Positions 26,893 to 34,932 of a DNA stretch of 64,000 nt are shown here, in pieces. Position numbers and translations under genes: made by a program. The notes below the pieces were generated by a model. The model did no database searches, was not told the origin of the DNA, and saw only the letters and a program-made list of their open reading frames with translations. Position 1 is the first letter of the stretch. Each line of letters begins with the position of its first letter. This stretch comes from a virus: positions 1 through 64,000 of IMG/VR virus record IMGVR_UViG_3300009008_002419. One strand, 5' to 3'.

Positions 26893-27746
26893 AGAAACAA
26901 GCTTATTCTGCAATTTTAGCTCGTTTAGCGCCTTTACTTAAGCATCTTGGTAAATTACGCAATGTTGGTAAAGCCACGGATGTTGGTGAAAGTGCGTATA
27001 AGGGATTTAAAGGTGCTAAAGGATTGGGCAGGGGCGGTACTGGTTTTGTAGCTTCGTATCGATCTGCTTTATCACAAGCACGCAAGTTTGGTTATAAGGG
27101 TGTAGCTAAGTGGGGACGCAATAGTTATAATGTTGGCCCTCGCGCAAGTTCGCGTGTGAATACTTTTGCTAAGGCACAACGTGCAGGACGATTAGCAGAG
27201 AGATCTAAAGGTAGTATAACGGGTGCTCCAATTCGTTTCTTACAAAAGGGTATTGGTGAAGTTGCTTATGCAACCCGTAATCCTTTCAGATTCGCTAAAG
27301 ATTTTGGCCGCCACATAGACAAAAAAACTATTAGCATTTCTAAGGCTACTGGTAAAAAACCACAGCTTTATGAACGTGGTGGACAGACATTTTTTAAGCC
27401 TAAGTTAGGCAAAGAGAGAAAAGTATTAGGTTTTACATCAAAGGGTGATGCGATTGTAAAACGTAATGTAGGTGGAAAAACTGTTGCTCTCGGTTTTTCT
27501 GGACCTGGTTTTGGAGCTCAAGAATTACTTTTTAAGAAAGACCAACATGGTAACCCACTTACCATGAACCAACGTCGAAACAAAGCTCTAAAAGAAACAG
27601 TACTGTGGTCAGCTGCTCCTAAATTTACTGGAACAGCGTTAATTGGCAAAATAGTTGTAGACAGTGGAAAATTTTTAACGAGCATGAACAAACAAGCAAG
27701 TCTAGACGATCTAGGCTTTAAAAAACAACTAACCAAATTAAAATAA
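26883..27746 (+). CDS. Highly basic Gly-rich protein, candidate virion cargo
   Basis: MALEKQA leader and MNKQA near the C-terminus. Confidence 0.65.
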   Translation: MALEKQAYSAILARLAPLLKHLGKLRNVGKATDVGESAYKGFKGAKGLGRGGTGFVASYRSALSQARKFGYKGVAKWGRNSYNVGPRASSRVNTFAKAQRAGRLAERSKGSITGAPIRFLQKGIGEVAYATRNPFRFAKDFGRHIDKKTISISKATGKKPQLYERGGQTFFKPKLGKERKVLGFTSKGDAIVKRNVGGKTVALGFSGPGFGAQELLFKKDQHGNPLTMNQRRNKALKETVLWSAAPKFTGTALIGKIVVDSGKFLTSMNKQASLDDLGFKKQLTKLK

Positions 27747-27794
27747 TTTTAATCGGGTGCTCCTGTTGTAAAACATTAATAATGGAGGAAATGT

Positions 27795-29483
27795 ATGGCG
27801 TACGTCAAACCAGGCGTTGAGATTACCCAGATACAAGCTAGTATCACTCCTGTTCTGATTGCTCCAGATCTTGAAGCGTTAATCCTGGGGGCAGGATTTC
27901 ACTGGCAAGATCCGACTTTGGACGATTCAGAGTATGCTACGGAATTTGTAGCAGGTGATGGTGATTTAGTTATTGCTCTATCTGGATATGACGCTGACTA
28001 CTATGATATAAGTAATGCTGACGATGGAAAACTCGTTATTGTAGACTTATATGTTACATCTGGTGAGTATGCTGGCTATACGTACCATTATAATGCGTCT
28101 GAAACTGATGGAAATGATATAAGCACTGCTGATGCAAACATCGAAGTAGATACGACAGCAAATACAGTGACAATTTCAAGTGGAGTTTCTCTTCCTGCCG
28201 ACTTTATTGGTGCAGATGAAGACTATGTAATTCCACGAGCCAAGGCTAGTGTTGGATACCGTTCACTTAAAACGGATCTTAATGTTTTAAGATCTATTGA
28301 ACGTATTTCTGATATCCGTACCACAATTGGCGAAATTGTTTCTTGGAATCCTTTAGCTTTTGGTACTTACCTAGCACAGGCTAATGGGTCTGTTTCTATT
28401 AATATCTATGGCGTTGCTTCGGATAGTGGTGGCCTTGAGCCTGAAGATTACGCTTCAGCTCTTGATGAGTTAGAACCACACGAGATTTATGCAATTGCTC
28501 CTATGGAAAGTAATTGGCCTAGTTTTGCTGCAACATTAGCTAACCACGTTAATGAGCAGTCTGAGGCTATTAATAAACATGAGAGAATTGGTATTGTAAA
28601 CCTTGAAATTCCGGATTCAAACGATTATCAGCAAACAGATGTTAATAAACTATTAACATCTGAAGAGATTAAAGCTCGAAACTTTGCTTACGGTTACAGA
28701 CGTTTATTCTCTACTCATCCTGACGTTGCTTACGTTCAGGAAACTCGTCATATTTCAACTATTTACCCTGAATGGATTCAGGCATCTTTCGATTCATTCG
28801 TAGATATTACGTTTACGGATTGGAACGCTTATGCTAAATTCACGGCCAATATTACTCTTGCTGACGGTACTAAGTACTGGAAGAATGATAATATTACTAC
28901 GGCTATGGTTACTAACATGTTGAATAACGGTATTGATGAGTTGTCTGTTCTTGTACCTGTACCTGGTTTTTACTATGGTGCTTGTATTGCAGGACAGGTT
29001 GCTGGAGAAGAACCTTCACAGCCACTGACTAATGTTCCCGTTGCTGGTCTGTTAAAGACCCACGGATCCCAGGATTACTTCTCTGAAGAAAATCTGAACA
29101 CTATGGCTGAAGGTGGTACATATATAATGACACAAGCGGCGCCAACCGCTCCAATTGTGTCAAGGCATCAGATGTCAACAGATGTAAGTTCTATTGCAAA
29201 ACGCGAACTATCTGTTACTAAAGCATTAGATTTTACTTCAAAATTTATTCGAAATGGACTAAGACCGTACATTGGCCGGTATACTATAACTCCTGCTTTC
29301 TTACGTTTAATCAACGGTATTCTTGTTGGTCAAGGACGTTGGTTAGTACGTGAGGGACACTTAAACGACTTCCGAGTTGAAAGTGTAATTCAAGACCCTG
29401 TACAGCCAGACACTATTCTGGTTGAAGTTACAGTACTTGTTAAGTATCCTGTCAACTACATTAAGATCCAATTAATATTCTAG
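27795..29483 (+). CDS. Tail sheath protein
   Basis: MAYVKPGVEI N-terminus; RELSV..LDF and V...V.YPVNYI.I C-terminal sheath domain. Confidence 0.88.
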   Translation: MAYVKPGVEITQIQASITPVLIAPDLEALILGAGFHWQDPTLDDSEYATEFVAGDGDLVIALSGYDADYYDISNADDGKLVIVDLYVTSGEYAGYTYHYNASETDGNDISTADANIEVDTTANTVTISSGVSLPADFIGADEDYVIPRAKASVGYRSLKTDLNVLRSIERISDIRTTIGEIVSWNPLAFGTYLAQANGSVSINIYGVASDSGGLEPEDYASALDELEPHEIYAIAPMESNWPSFAATLANHVNEQSEAINKHERIGIVNLEIPDSNDYQQTDVNKLLTSEEIKARNFAYGYRRLFSTHPDVAYVQETRHISTIYPEWIQASFDSFVDITFTDWNAYAKFTANITLADGTKYWKNDNITTAMVTNMLNNGIDELSVLVPVPGFYYGACIAGQVAGEEPSQPLTNVPVAGLLKTHGSQDYFSEENLNTMAEGGTYIMTQAAPTAPIVSRHQMSTDVSSIAKRELSVTKALDFTSKFIRNGLRPYIGRYTITPAFLRLINGILVGQGRWLVREGHLNDFRVESVIQDPVQPDTILVEVTVLVKYPVNYIKIQLIF

Positions 29484-29495
29484 GGAGGAATGTAA

Positions 29496-30176
29496 ATGGC
29501 TCAAAAAACTTTAGATCAGTGGAATTTTAAGGAAGAAGCTGTCCAGGACCTTGGTTCTGTTGATAACTTAGTATCTTCCGAATCTATTGTTGTATTAGCT
29601 GGTCCTCCTGTGTTGGATATGTCGACAGTACAGTCTACACTGATTCCAATTGGACTAGTAGAAAATGCAACAGTAACACAGAATAAACAGATGCAGCAAT
29701 TATGGGAAATTGGTTCTCGTAAACCTTTCTTTGTTCCCGGAAGAACCTTTATTCAGGCAGGACTCACACGAGTTATGTTTGATGGTCAGTCTTTATTAAA
29801 GGCTATGTACCAAATGAGTGATCTTCTTGGTGGAGAGGATGGAAGCGGCTGGCCCGCTTCTGCTGATATGGACGAAATTCCTGGATGGCCTTATGACCCG
29901 GATGAAGAAGACCCTTCCGCTCGCGGTGAGTTCTTCATTAACCTGGCGTCTCAGTTCTTTAACTATCCTTTAGGACTTGGTTTCGTAATCAAGGATCAGG
30001 AGGAAGAGAACTATGGTGGGTTCTATCTGGAAGAGTGTTATATTCAGAATCACCAATTCACTGTACAAGCTAATCAAACTGTTGTTCTTGAAAATTCAGG
30101 CTTAAGAGCTTCGAAGATTGTTCCGATCGAATTAGATACTAAGATTGGTTTAAAAACTTACGGCGGATCTCTATAA
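29496..30176 (+). CDS. Tail tube protein
   Basis: Follows sheath; IGLVEN, QLWEIGS, FVPG, YLEECYI. Confidence 0.8.
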   Translation: MAQKTLDQWNFKEEAVQDLGSVDNLVSSESIVVLAGPPVLDMSTVQSTLIPIGLVENATVTQNKQMQQLWEIGSRKPFFVPGRTFIQAGLTRVMFDGQSLLKAMYQMSDLLGGEDGSGWPASADMDEIPGWPYDPDEEDPSARGEFFINLASQFFNYPLGLGFVIKDQEEENYGGFYLEECYIQNHQFTVQANQTVVLENSGLRASKIVPIELDTKIGLKTYGGSL

Positions 30177-30206
30177 TTTAAGCTAGAAAGAATTTATTTA
30201 AGAATT

Positions 30207-30238
30207 AGCCCACCCTAGTACTCCTAGGGTGGGCTTTT
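30207..30238. terminator. Terminator hairpin at the convergence of the two arms
   Basis: Perfect 12-bp stem AGCCCACCCTAG-TACTC-CTAGGGTGGGCT then TTT. Confidence 0.85.
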
Positions 30239-30241
30239 CAT

Positions 30242-30344
30242 TGGTGAGGCAGCAGAGAGGCTTCATTACGGCCCAGGATGCTGCAACATCCCGCCGAGGG
30301 CACGGGCTATTAACTCCGTACGTAAGTCAGCATCATACTACCTC
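30242..30344 (-). ncRNA. Candidate 103-nt structured RNA with acceptor-like stem and 3'-ACCA
   Basis: GAGGUAGUA pairs with UGCUGCCUC followed by ACCA; inner helix and two hairpins; promoter motif 6 nt upstream, terminator downstream. Confidence 0.65.
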
Positions 30345-30358
30345 AAGATTCTTATACC
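30345..30358 (-). promoter_or_regulatory. GGTATAAG-class promoter motif
   Basis: GGTATAAG-AATCTT then G at the first base of the stem. Confidence 0.65.
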
Positions 30359-30675
30359 TAAAAAGTATCAGGTTTTCCCCATTTGTCTTCGAGCAATAAT
30401 AGTGTTATTACTGCGTAATTTGCCAAGTCTTCGAGAGTGTCAATAATTTTTTCATCTGGGATGGCAGGGCGATTTTCATCCCATAGCAAAGTCTTAAGTC
30501 TAGAGACTTTGTCCCAAATTCTAACGTAACACCCTTTTGCACCCAGTGCCCCGATGTTGTCAGCTCCATAATCATGGTTTTTAGATTTAGCTAATTTATA
30601 TAGTGCAATTAACTCTGTTTCAAAGTGACCTAGAGTTTCATCAACATCTTTTTCTATTAAATTTAGTGTACCCAA
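30358..30675 (-). CDS. DUF1599-like nucleotide-modification-associated protein
   Basis: KNHDYG, RIWDKVSRL, DTLEDLANY. Confidence 0.75.
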   Translation of the reverse strand: MGTLNLIEKDVDETLGHFETELIALYKLAKSKNHDYGADNIGALGAKGCYVRIWDKVSRLKTLLWDENRPAIPDEKIIDTLEDLANYAVITLLLLEDKWGKPDTF

Positions 30676-32432
30676 TGGTGGTCTATTTCCGGTTTAACTT
30701 CCATTTTAATGTCAGGCGCAAAGTGATTAAACGCCTTGACCATTTCTTCTTGAACTATTTGTGCTGCTTGCTCAGCATGATCTTTATGTACTTCAACTAA
30801 TATTTCGTCATGAACTACATTAACCAAATATGCATCAAGTTTTACTTCTTTAAGTGCGTCATAAACTTTGTAGAGTGCGAGTTTAGTAATACTTGCACCT
30901 GCTCCTTGGAAAGGAAAGTTTTTTGCAATATTTTCTGCATGACGCCTACTTTTTCCATTATCAAAATCAAGATTTGATAAATCTTCTCGCCTGTGGTCTA
31001 ATGGACTATAGGCATAATTTTTACTTAGGGCCTCTGCAGCAAACGACTTCATCAACGCTTTAATGCGTGGGAAATTTCGGAAGTAGTTGTACTGTAACTG
31101 CTTTGCTTCCTTAAATGGAATGTTTAATTGATTAGCTAATTTGCCTGGCCCCATTCCATACATATTCCCGAAAGTAATACTTTTGGCAGCGCCTCGTTGC
31201 ACCTTAGTTACTTCTTCATACGGGACATCAAATACTAAACTAGCTGACATACTGTGTAAGTCTTTCCTCTCTTCTAACCACTTTAAGAATTTTGGCTCTC
31301 TACTTAGGTGGATAAGCAGTCGTAATTCTTGGTTAGAAAAATCAGCTGATATAATACGATAATCTTTATTCTTGGCTGTAAAGGCAGCTCTATAAACTGC
31401 CTCACCTGGGATATTTTGGAGATTGGGTTTGTCACTAGAATAGCGCCCAGTCTCAGTTCCACCTAATTGCCAGAATGAAGAGTGTAGTCTATTAGAAGGA
31501 GTTTTTAGATGTTGATTTAAAAATTCTTCGCCATAAGTAGACACAAGTTTGGCTTGGCTGCGATAATTTAATAGAGCTGTAATTGCAGGGTGTTTAATAT
31601 TTTTTAGTACAGGTTCAGATGTACCTTTAAGATCATCTTTACCTGTTAACTTTTTTAGAACTGGTAATAGTTGTTTTGGAGAGTTAAGATTAAGAGTAAC
31701 TACCCCAAACATATCAGTTTCACAGTAAGGCTTTAGATGCCCATCTAGTTCGGCTTTGTACTCATCAACCTTTTTCTGTGCGACAACTTTTAGGGCCTTC
31801 CATTTTTCAGTGTCAACATGAATACCGTTTAGCTCTAAAGCTGAGGTGGCTCTGACTGTGTTATACTCTAATTGAGCTAAATTATACATATCACGTTCTT
31901 TTAATAATGTTGTCAGGTGCGTGAATAGTGGTATTAAATGTTCAGTGTCTTCTCTTGCATATTCTAATTGTTCCTCAGTAAAAGGATCTCCTAATTTCAT
32001 ACCTGCAAAAGAGCTTTGCTCTTCTTTGCTTATAGAGACCCCAATATACTTATCTAGCACAACATCTAAGCTATGTTTGTTCTGTCTCTTACCTTGTGAG
32101 AGGAGTAAATCTGCTAGCATGGTATCTGCTAAAGGGTTTATTTCTACTCCAAAGTTTGTAAGGGTCATTTGAAAATCATACTTAGAATTATGCATGATTT
32201 TAACAATGTCTTCAGAATTTAATTTCTCTAAAATAAGCTTTATTAATTCAGGACCTAATTTAAAGACATCTAATACAAATTGTTTATGCGCATTGCCAAT
32301 TTGTATTAATAAAACTTTGTCGGTTAATGGATCTAGTCCAGTAGCCTCTACATCATACGCTAATAGCGACTGATTTTTAATAAAGCTAAGTACTTCTTTA
32401 AGTTGTTCTTTTGTTGTAATGTAATAATCCAT
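30663..32432 (-). CDS. polA: DNA polymerase family A with 3'-5' exonuclease
   Basis: Exo YDVEATG, HNSKYD, YAREDT; TGRYSS..PNLQNIP, DFSNQELR, R..AK...FG..YG, VHDE. Confidence 0.95.
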   Translation of the reverse strand: MDYYITTKEQLKEVLSFIKNQSLLAYDVEATGLDPLTDKVLLIQIGNAHKQFVLDVFKLGPELIKLILEKLNSEDIVKIMHNSKYDFQMTLTNFGVEINPLADTMLADLLLSQGKRQNKHSLDVVLDKYIGVSISKEEQSSFAGMKLGDPFTEEQLEYAREDTEHLIPLFTHLTTLLKERDMYNLAQLEYNTVRATSALELNGIHVDTEKWKALKVVAQKKVDEYKAELDGHLKPYCETDMFGVVTLNLNSPKQLLPVLKKLTGKDDLKGTSEPVLKNIKHPAITALLNYRSQAKLVSTYGEEFLNQHLKTPSNRLHSSFWQLGGTETGRYSSDKPNLQNIPGEAVYRAAFTAKNKDYRIISADFSNQELRLLIHLSREPKFLKWLEERKDLHSMSASLVFDVPYEEVTKVQRGAAKSITFGNMYGMGPGKLANQLNIPFKEAKQLQYNYFRNFPRIKALMKSFAAEALSKNYAYSPLDHRREDLSNLDFDNGKSRRHAENIAKNFPFQGAGASITKLALYKVYDALKEVKLDAYLVNVVHDEILVEVHKDHAEQAAQIVQEEMVKAFNHFAPDIKMEVKPEIDHHWVH

Positions 32433-33247
32433 TAATCGTCTTCTATATGCATTTCTAGGCGTGAAGCCCGATGTTTTTTCTGTAATTTCTCAATTACAGC
32501 TTTCTTTATTTGTCGTATTCGTTCTCTAGTTAATCCTAAATCAATCCCGATTTCTTCTAATGTGTGTCCTCGCATTTCACCAATTCCGAAATACATTTTA
32601 ATTATTTCTTGCTCACGTTCTGTGAACTCACTTAGAACATCGTCTATATCTTTTGATAGGTATTGATCTTCAAGATCTTTAGATGGTGGTGCATCATCAC
32701 TAGGCATTATTTCATGAATAGTTTTATTAGTTTGTTCATGGGGTTTATCTATATCCACATAAGTAAATAATAAGTTATCCAGTGTGTCATAAATGCCGTG
32801 CTTACTTAATTCTTGGTACAATTCTTCAATTGTAGGCGGTCGTCCCACATCCTGCTCAAGCTCAACTTTTATCTTGTTGATTTTTCCAACAAGTGAAATT
32901 TTATTAGCAGGTAATCTTATTAATCGGGACAGTTCATGAATACAATTGATTATTGATTGTCTAATCCACCAGACTGCGTAAGTTATGAATTTAATGTTGC
33001 GATCTATATCAAAGTTTTCATAAGCCTTCATTAATCCATAATTGCCTTCACCAATTAAGTCTTCTAAAGGTATGCCTTGTCCTTGGTATTGTTTTGCAAT
33101 ACTAACCACAAATCGTAAATTGGAACGAATTATCTTTTCTTTTGCTCGTTCGTTACCAGCCTTTGCTTTCACAAAGAGCAAATGTTCCTCTTCTTTAGAT
33201 AGTGGAGGAATATCTTTTATTGTTTCAAAATAGTGTGTTAGGGACAT
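32432..33247 (-). CDS. RpoD/RpoS-family RNA polymerase sigma factor
   Basis: NLRFVVSIAK, DLIGEGN.GL, FITYAVWWIRQ, TLEEIG..LGLTRERIRQI; lacks region 1.1. Confidence 0.95.
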   Translation of the reverse strand: MSLTHYFETIKDIPPLSKEEEHLLFVKAKAGNERAKEKIIRSNLRFVVSIAKQYQGQGIPLEDLIGEGNYGLMKAYENFDIDRNIKFITYAVWWIRQSIINCIHELSRLIRLPANKISLVGKINKIKVELEQDVGRPPTIEELYQELSKHGIYDTLDNLLFTYVDIDKPHEQTNKTIHEIMPSDDAPPSKDLEDQYLSKDIDDVLSEFTEREQEIIKMYFGIGEMRGHTLEEIGIDLGLTRERIRQIKKAVIEKLQKKHRASRLEMHIEDD

Positions 33248-33265
33248 GTAATTGATGATTTTAGA

Positions 33266-33310
33266 TAAAAATACCGCTGCGCATTAGTACTAGCTAACAC
33301 ACAGCGGCAT
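33266..33310 (-). terminator. Rho-independent terminator
   Basis: ATGCCGCTGTGTGTTAG/CTAATGCGCAGCGGTAT followed by TTTT. Confidence 0.7.
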
Positions 33311-33318
33311 TCAGATAC

Positions 33319-33597
33319 TTATTTCTTTCCGTTCTTTGCCTTTTTAGCCTCAACCGTAGGTCCGATGACCTTATTATCAAAGTTATATAAAAGGGTGGCA
33401 CCACCACCAACTAGGAATGCCTGAATTAAGAGGTCCTGGATCTGTACGCCAGCCTCCTTACCCCAAATAGCAGCAAAGACGCCACCAAGAATAAAGGGTA
33501 CTAAGGCCCACAGTCGCTGTGGTAACCATTGTTTTATATAATTTGTAATAATCGGAATAACGACTACTGCAAGAGCATAAATTGAATCAAAATCCAT
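33319..33597 (-). CDS. Small membrane protein, holin-like
   Basis: Three hydrophobic segments and a basic C-terminus. Confidence 0.6.
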   Translation of the reverse strand: MDFDSIYALAVVVIPIITNYIKQWLPQRLWALVPFILGGVFAAIWGKEAGVQIQDLLIQAFLVGGGATLLYNFDNKVIGPTVEAKKAKNGKK

Positions 33598-33610
33598 CTA
33601 TGTTTTTCGG

Positions 33611-34225
33611 TTAAAATTTAAATGACCACGACGGTAAGTTCCGGTCACCACGTAACCAATTTAATAGCAACTGTGCTGCTATTGTGGCTATAATTCTATT
33701 TCCTAATTGGATACGATTTTCATTAAGTTCCCATTCTAACTGGCAACTTCCTCCATCTTCTGGATTATCTAAATTTAGTGTTTTTAACATTGCTTCGCAA
33801 GTATTTTTTTCGTGTTTTGTGAAAAAAGATACCATGGTGCTTTCAGATCTTAAATCAATCCAGTATGGATCTGTGTCTGCAATTGGATCAGAAATAAGAG
33901 TTTCAAATAGAAGCTGCCTAAAGGCTGTATTATCTACAGCACTCACAACGCAGTCATAACCCGTTATCTCTTTTGCAGTTGTAATCCTTTTTACCATTGG
34001 AGTAAACAAATAGCGAATATTCAAGGATTCCGCTTTTTGTTCTAAAATGTCTTCTTCTGTGAAGTTTTGGTAAGAAAGATTTTTGGTTTCTACGGTGTCA
34101 TCATCAGCAAAAACAAATTCACATCCCGGAAATTGTCCATGCTTTTGTAATTGAAATAAATGTTGGGCAAGCCAACTACCAATACCACCAGCACCTACGA
34201 TTAATATGTCTCTATTATTCGCCAT
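33611..34225 (-). CDS. ThiF/E1-like adenylating enzyme
   Basis: VGAGGIG, D.D.VE.KNL..Q, KAE, SAVDN..FR, candidate catalytic GSC. Confidence 0.9.
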   Translation of the reverse strand: MANNRDILIVGAGGIGSWLAQHLFQLQKHGQFPGCEFVFADDDTVETKNLSYQNFTEEDILEQKAESLNIRYLFTPMVKRITTAKEITGYDCVVSAVDNTAFRQLLFETLISDPIADTDPYWIDLRSESTMVSFFTKHEKNTCEAMLKTLNLDNPEDGGSCQLEWELNENRIQLGNRIIATIAAQLLLNWLRGDRNLPSWSFKF

Positions 34226-34670
34226 TTAGTACACGTACCTCAGTAATGTGTTCCCACTCTCGGTTGTCTTCATCTCCGTCCCAATAGTAGAAAGCTAGGT
34301 TATTAAATTTTGGTGAATAGATGATGTAAATTCCTTTATATCCAGCTCCGTTATGATCTGTCATAGACGGGATTGGTAGATTATTTGGATGTGTATGAAA
34401 GATGCCTATAAAGTCTTTATCCGCTGATTTCTTCACTAATCTGGTGTCTTTAATGATTTGAAAGAATTCAGTCGGATCAGGCATATAATGAACAACAGCC
34501 ATATCACCAGGAGTGATATTAGTTGTTGGTGTAAACTCTTTAATCTCCCATTCATCGCCTTGTTGGCCAGTAAGCACTCCACAGACTTCTACTGTGGAGT
34601 GCTCATCGCCATAATCTGCAAGTTGCTGTAATAAAGAATTCTCTACAGCTACTTTCATTCTAACCCCCAA
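34215..34670 (-). CDS. JAB/MPN+ (JAMM) metalloprotease
   Basis: EVCGVL and FHTHP......SMTD (HxHx7Sx2D). Confidence 0.92.
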   Translation of the reverse strand: MGVRMKVAVENSLLQQLADYGDEHSTVEVCGVLTGQQGDEWEIKEFTPTTNITPGDMAVVHYMPDPTEFFQIIKDTRLVKKSADKDFIGIFHTHPNNLPIPSMTDHNGAGYKGIYIIYSPKFNNLAFYYWDGDEDNREWEHITEVRVLNGE

Positions 34671-34899
34671 CGAGGGCGTTAGTTAATGTAAGATCTTCTG
34701 CTTCAATTAATTCGTCAACTGTTACATCCTGAGGATTTCTGTTGACGCCATCAATGTAAAGCCACTTATTCTGTTTGTCACACCGCTCGGTGATTTCTGC
34801 TAATGCTTGACCAGCAGGAACTTCAATTTCATCGTGACCCGCAGTTGATACTACATTTAACTGTACTTTAGTAAATCTTTTATCTTTGTCAATTGCCAT
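34660..34899 (-). CDS. Ubiquitin-like (beta-grasp) protein ending in Gly-Gly
   Basis: 79 aa; WLYIDG; C-terminus LTLTNALVGG; adjacent to JAB and E1; TAAGGA RBS. Confidence 0.8.
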   Translation of the reverse strand: MAIDKDKRFTKVQLNVVSTAGHDEIEVPAGQALAEITERCDKQNKWLYIDGVNRNPQDVTVDELIEAEDLTLTNALVGG

Positions 34900-34932
34900 T
34901 TAAATCCTTAATTATTAATAATTTGTATTACC

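Noticed and set aside
749-27736. Short - strand ORFs within the + arm (e.g. 749..991, 4621..5010, 7251..7631, 18450..18710)
   Set aside because: Antisense shadows of longer, RBS-supported genes with no motifs
30242-30344. Canonical tRNA or tmRNA
   Set aside because: No TTCRA T-loop, D-loop or tag ORF; kept only as a tRNA-like candidate
33611-34899. Ordinary ThiS/ThiF or MoaD/MoeB sulfur-relay genes
   Set aside because: No cofactor-biosynthesis, desulfurase or rhodanese genes in the window and E1 lacks the CxxC pairs; disfavoured but not formally excluded
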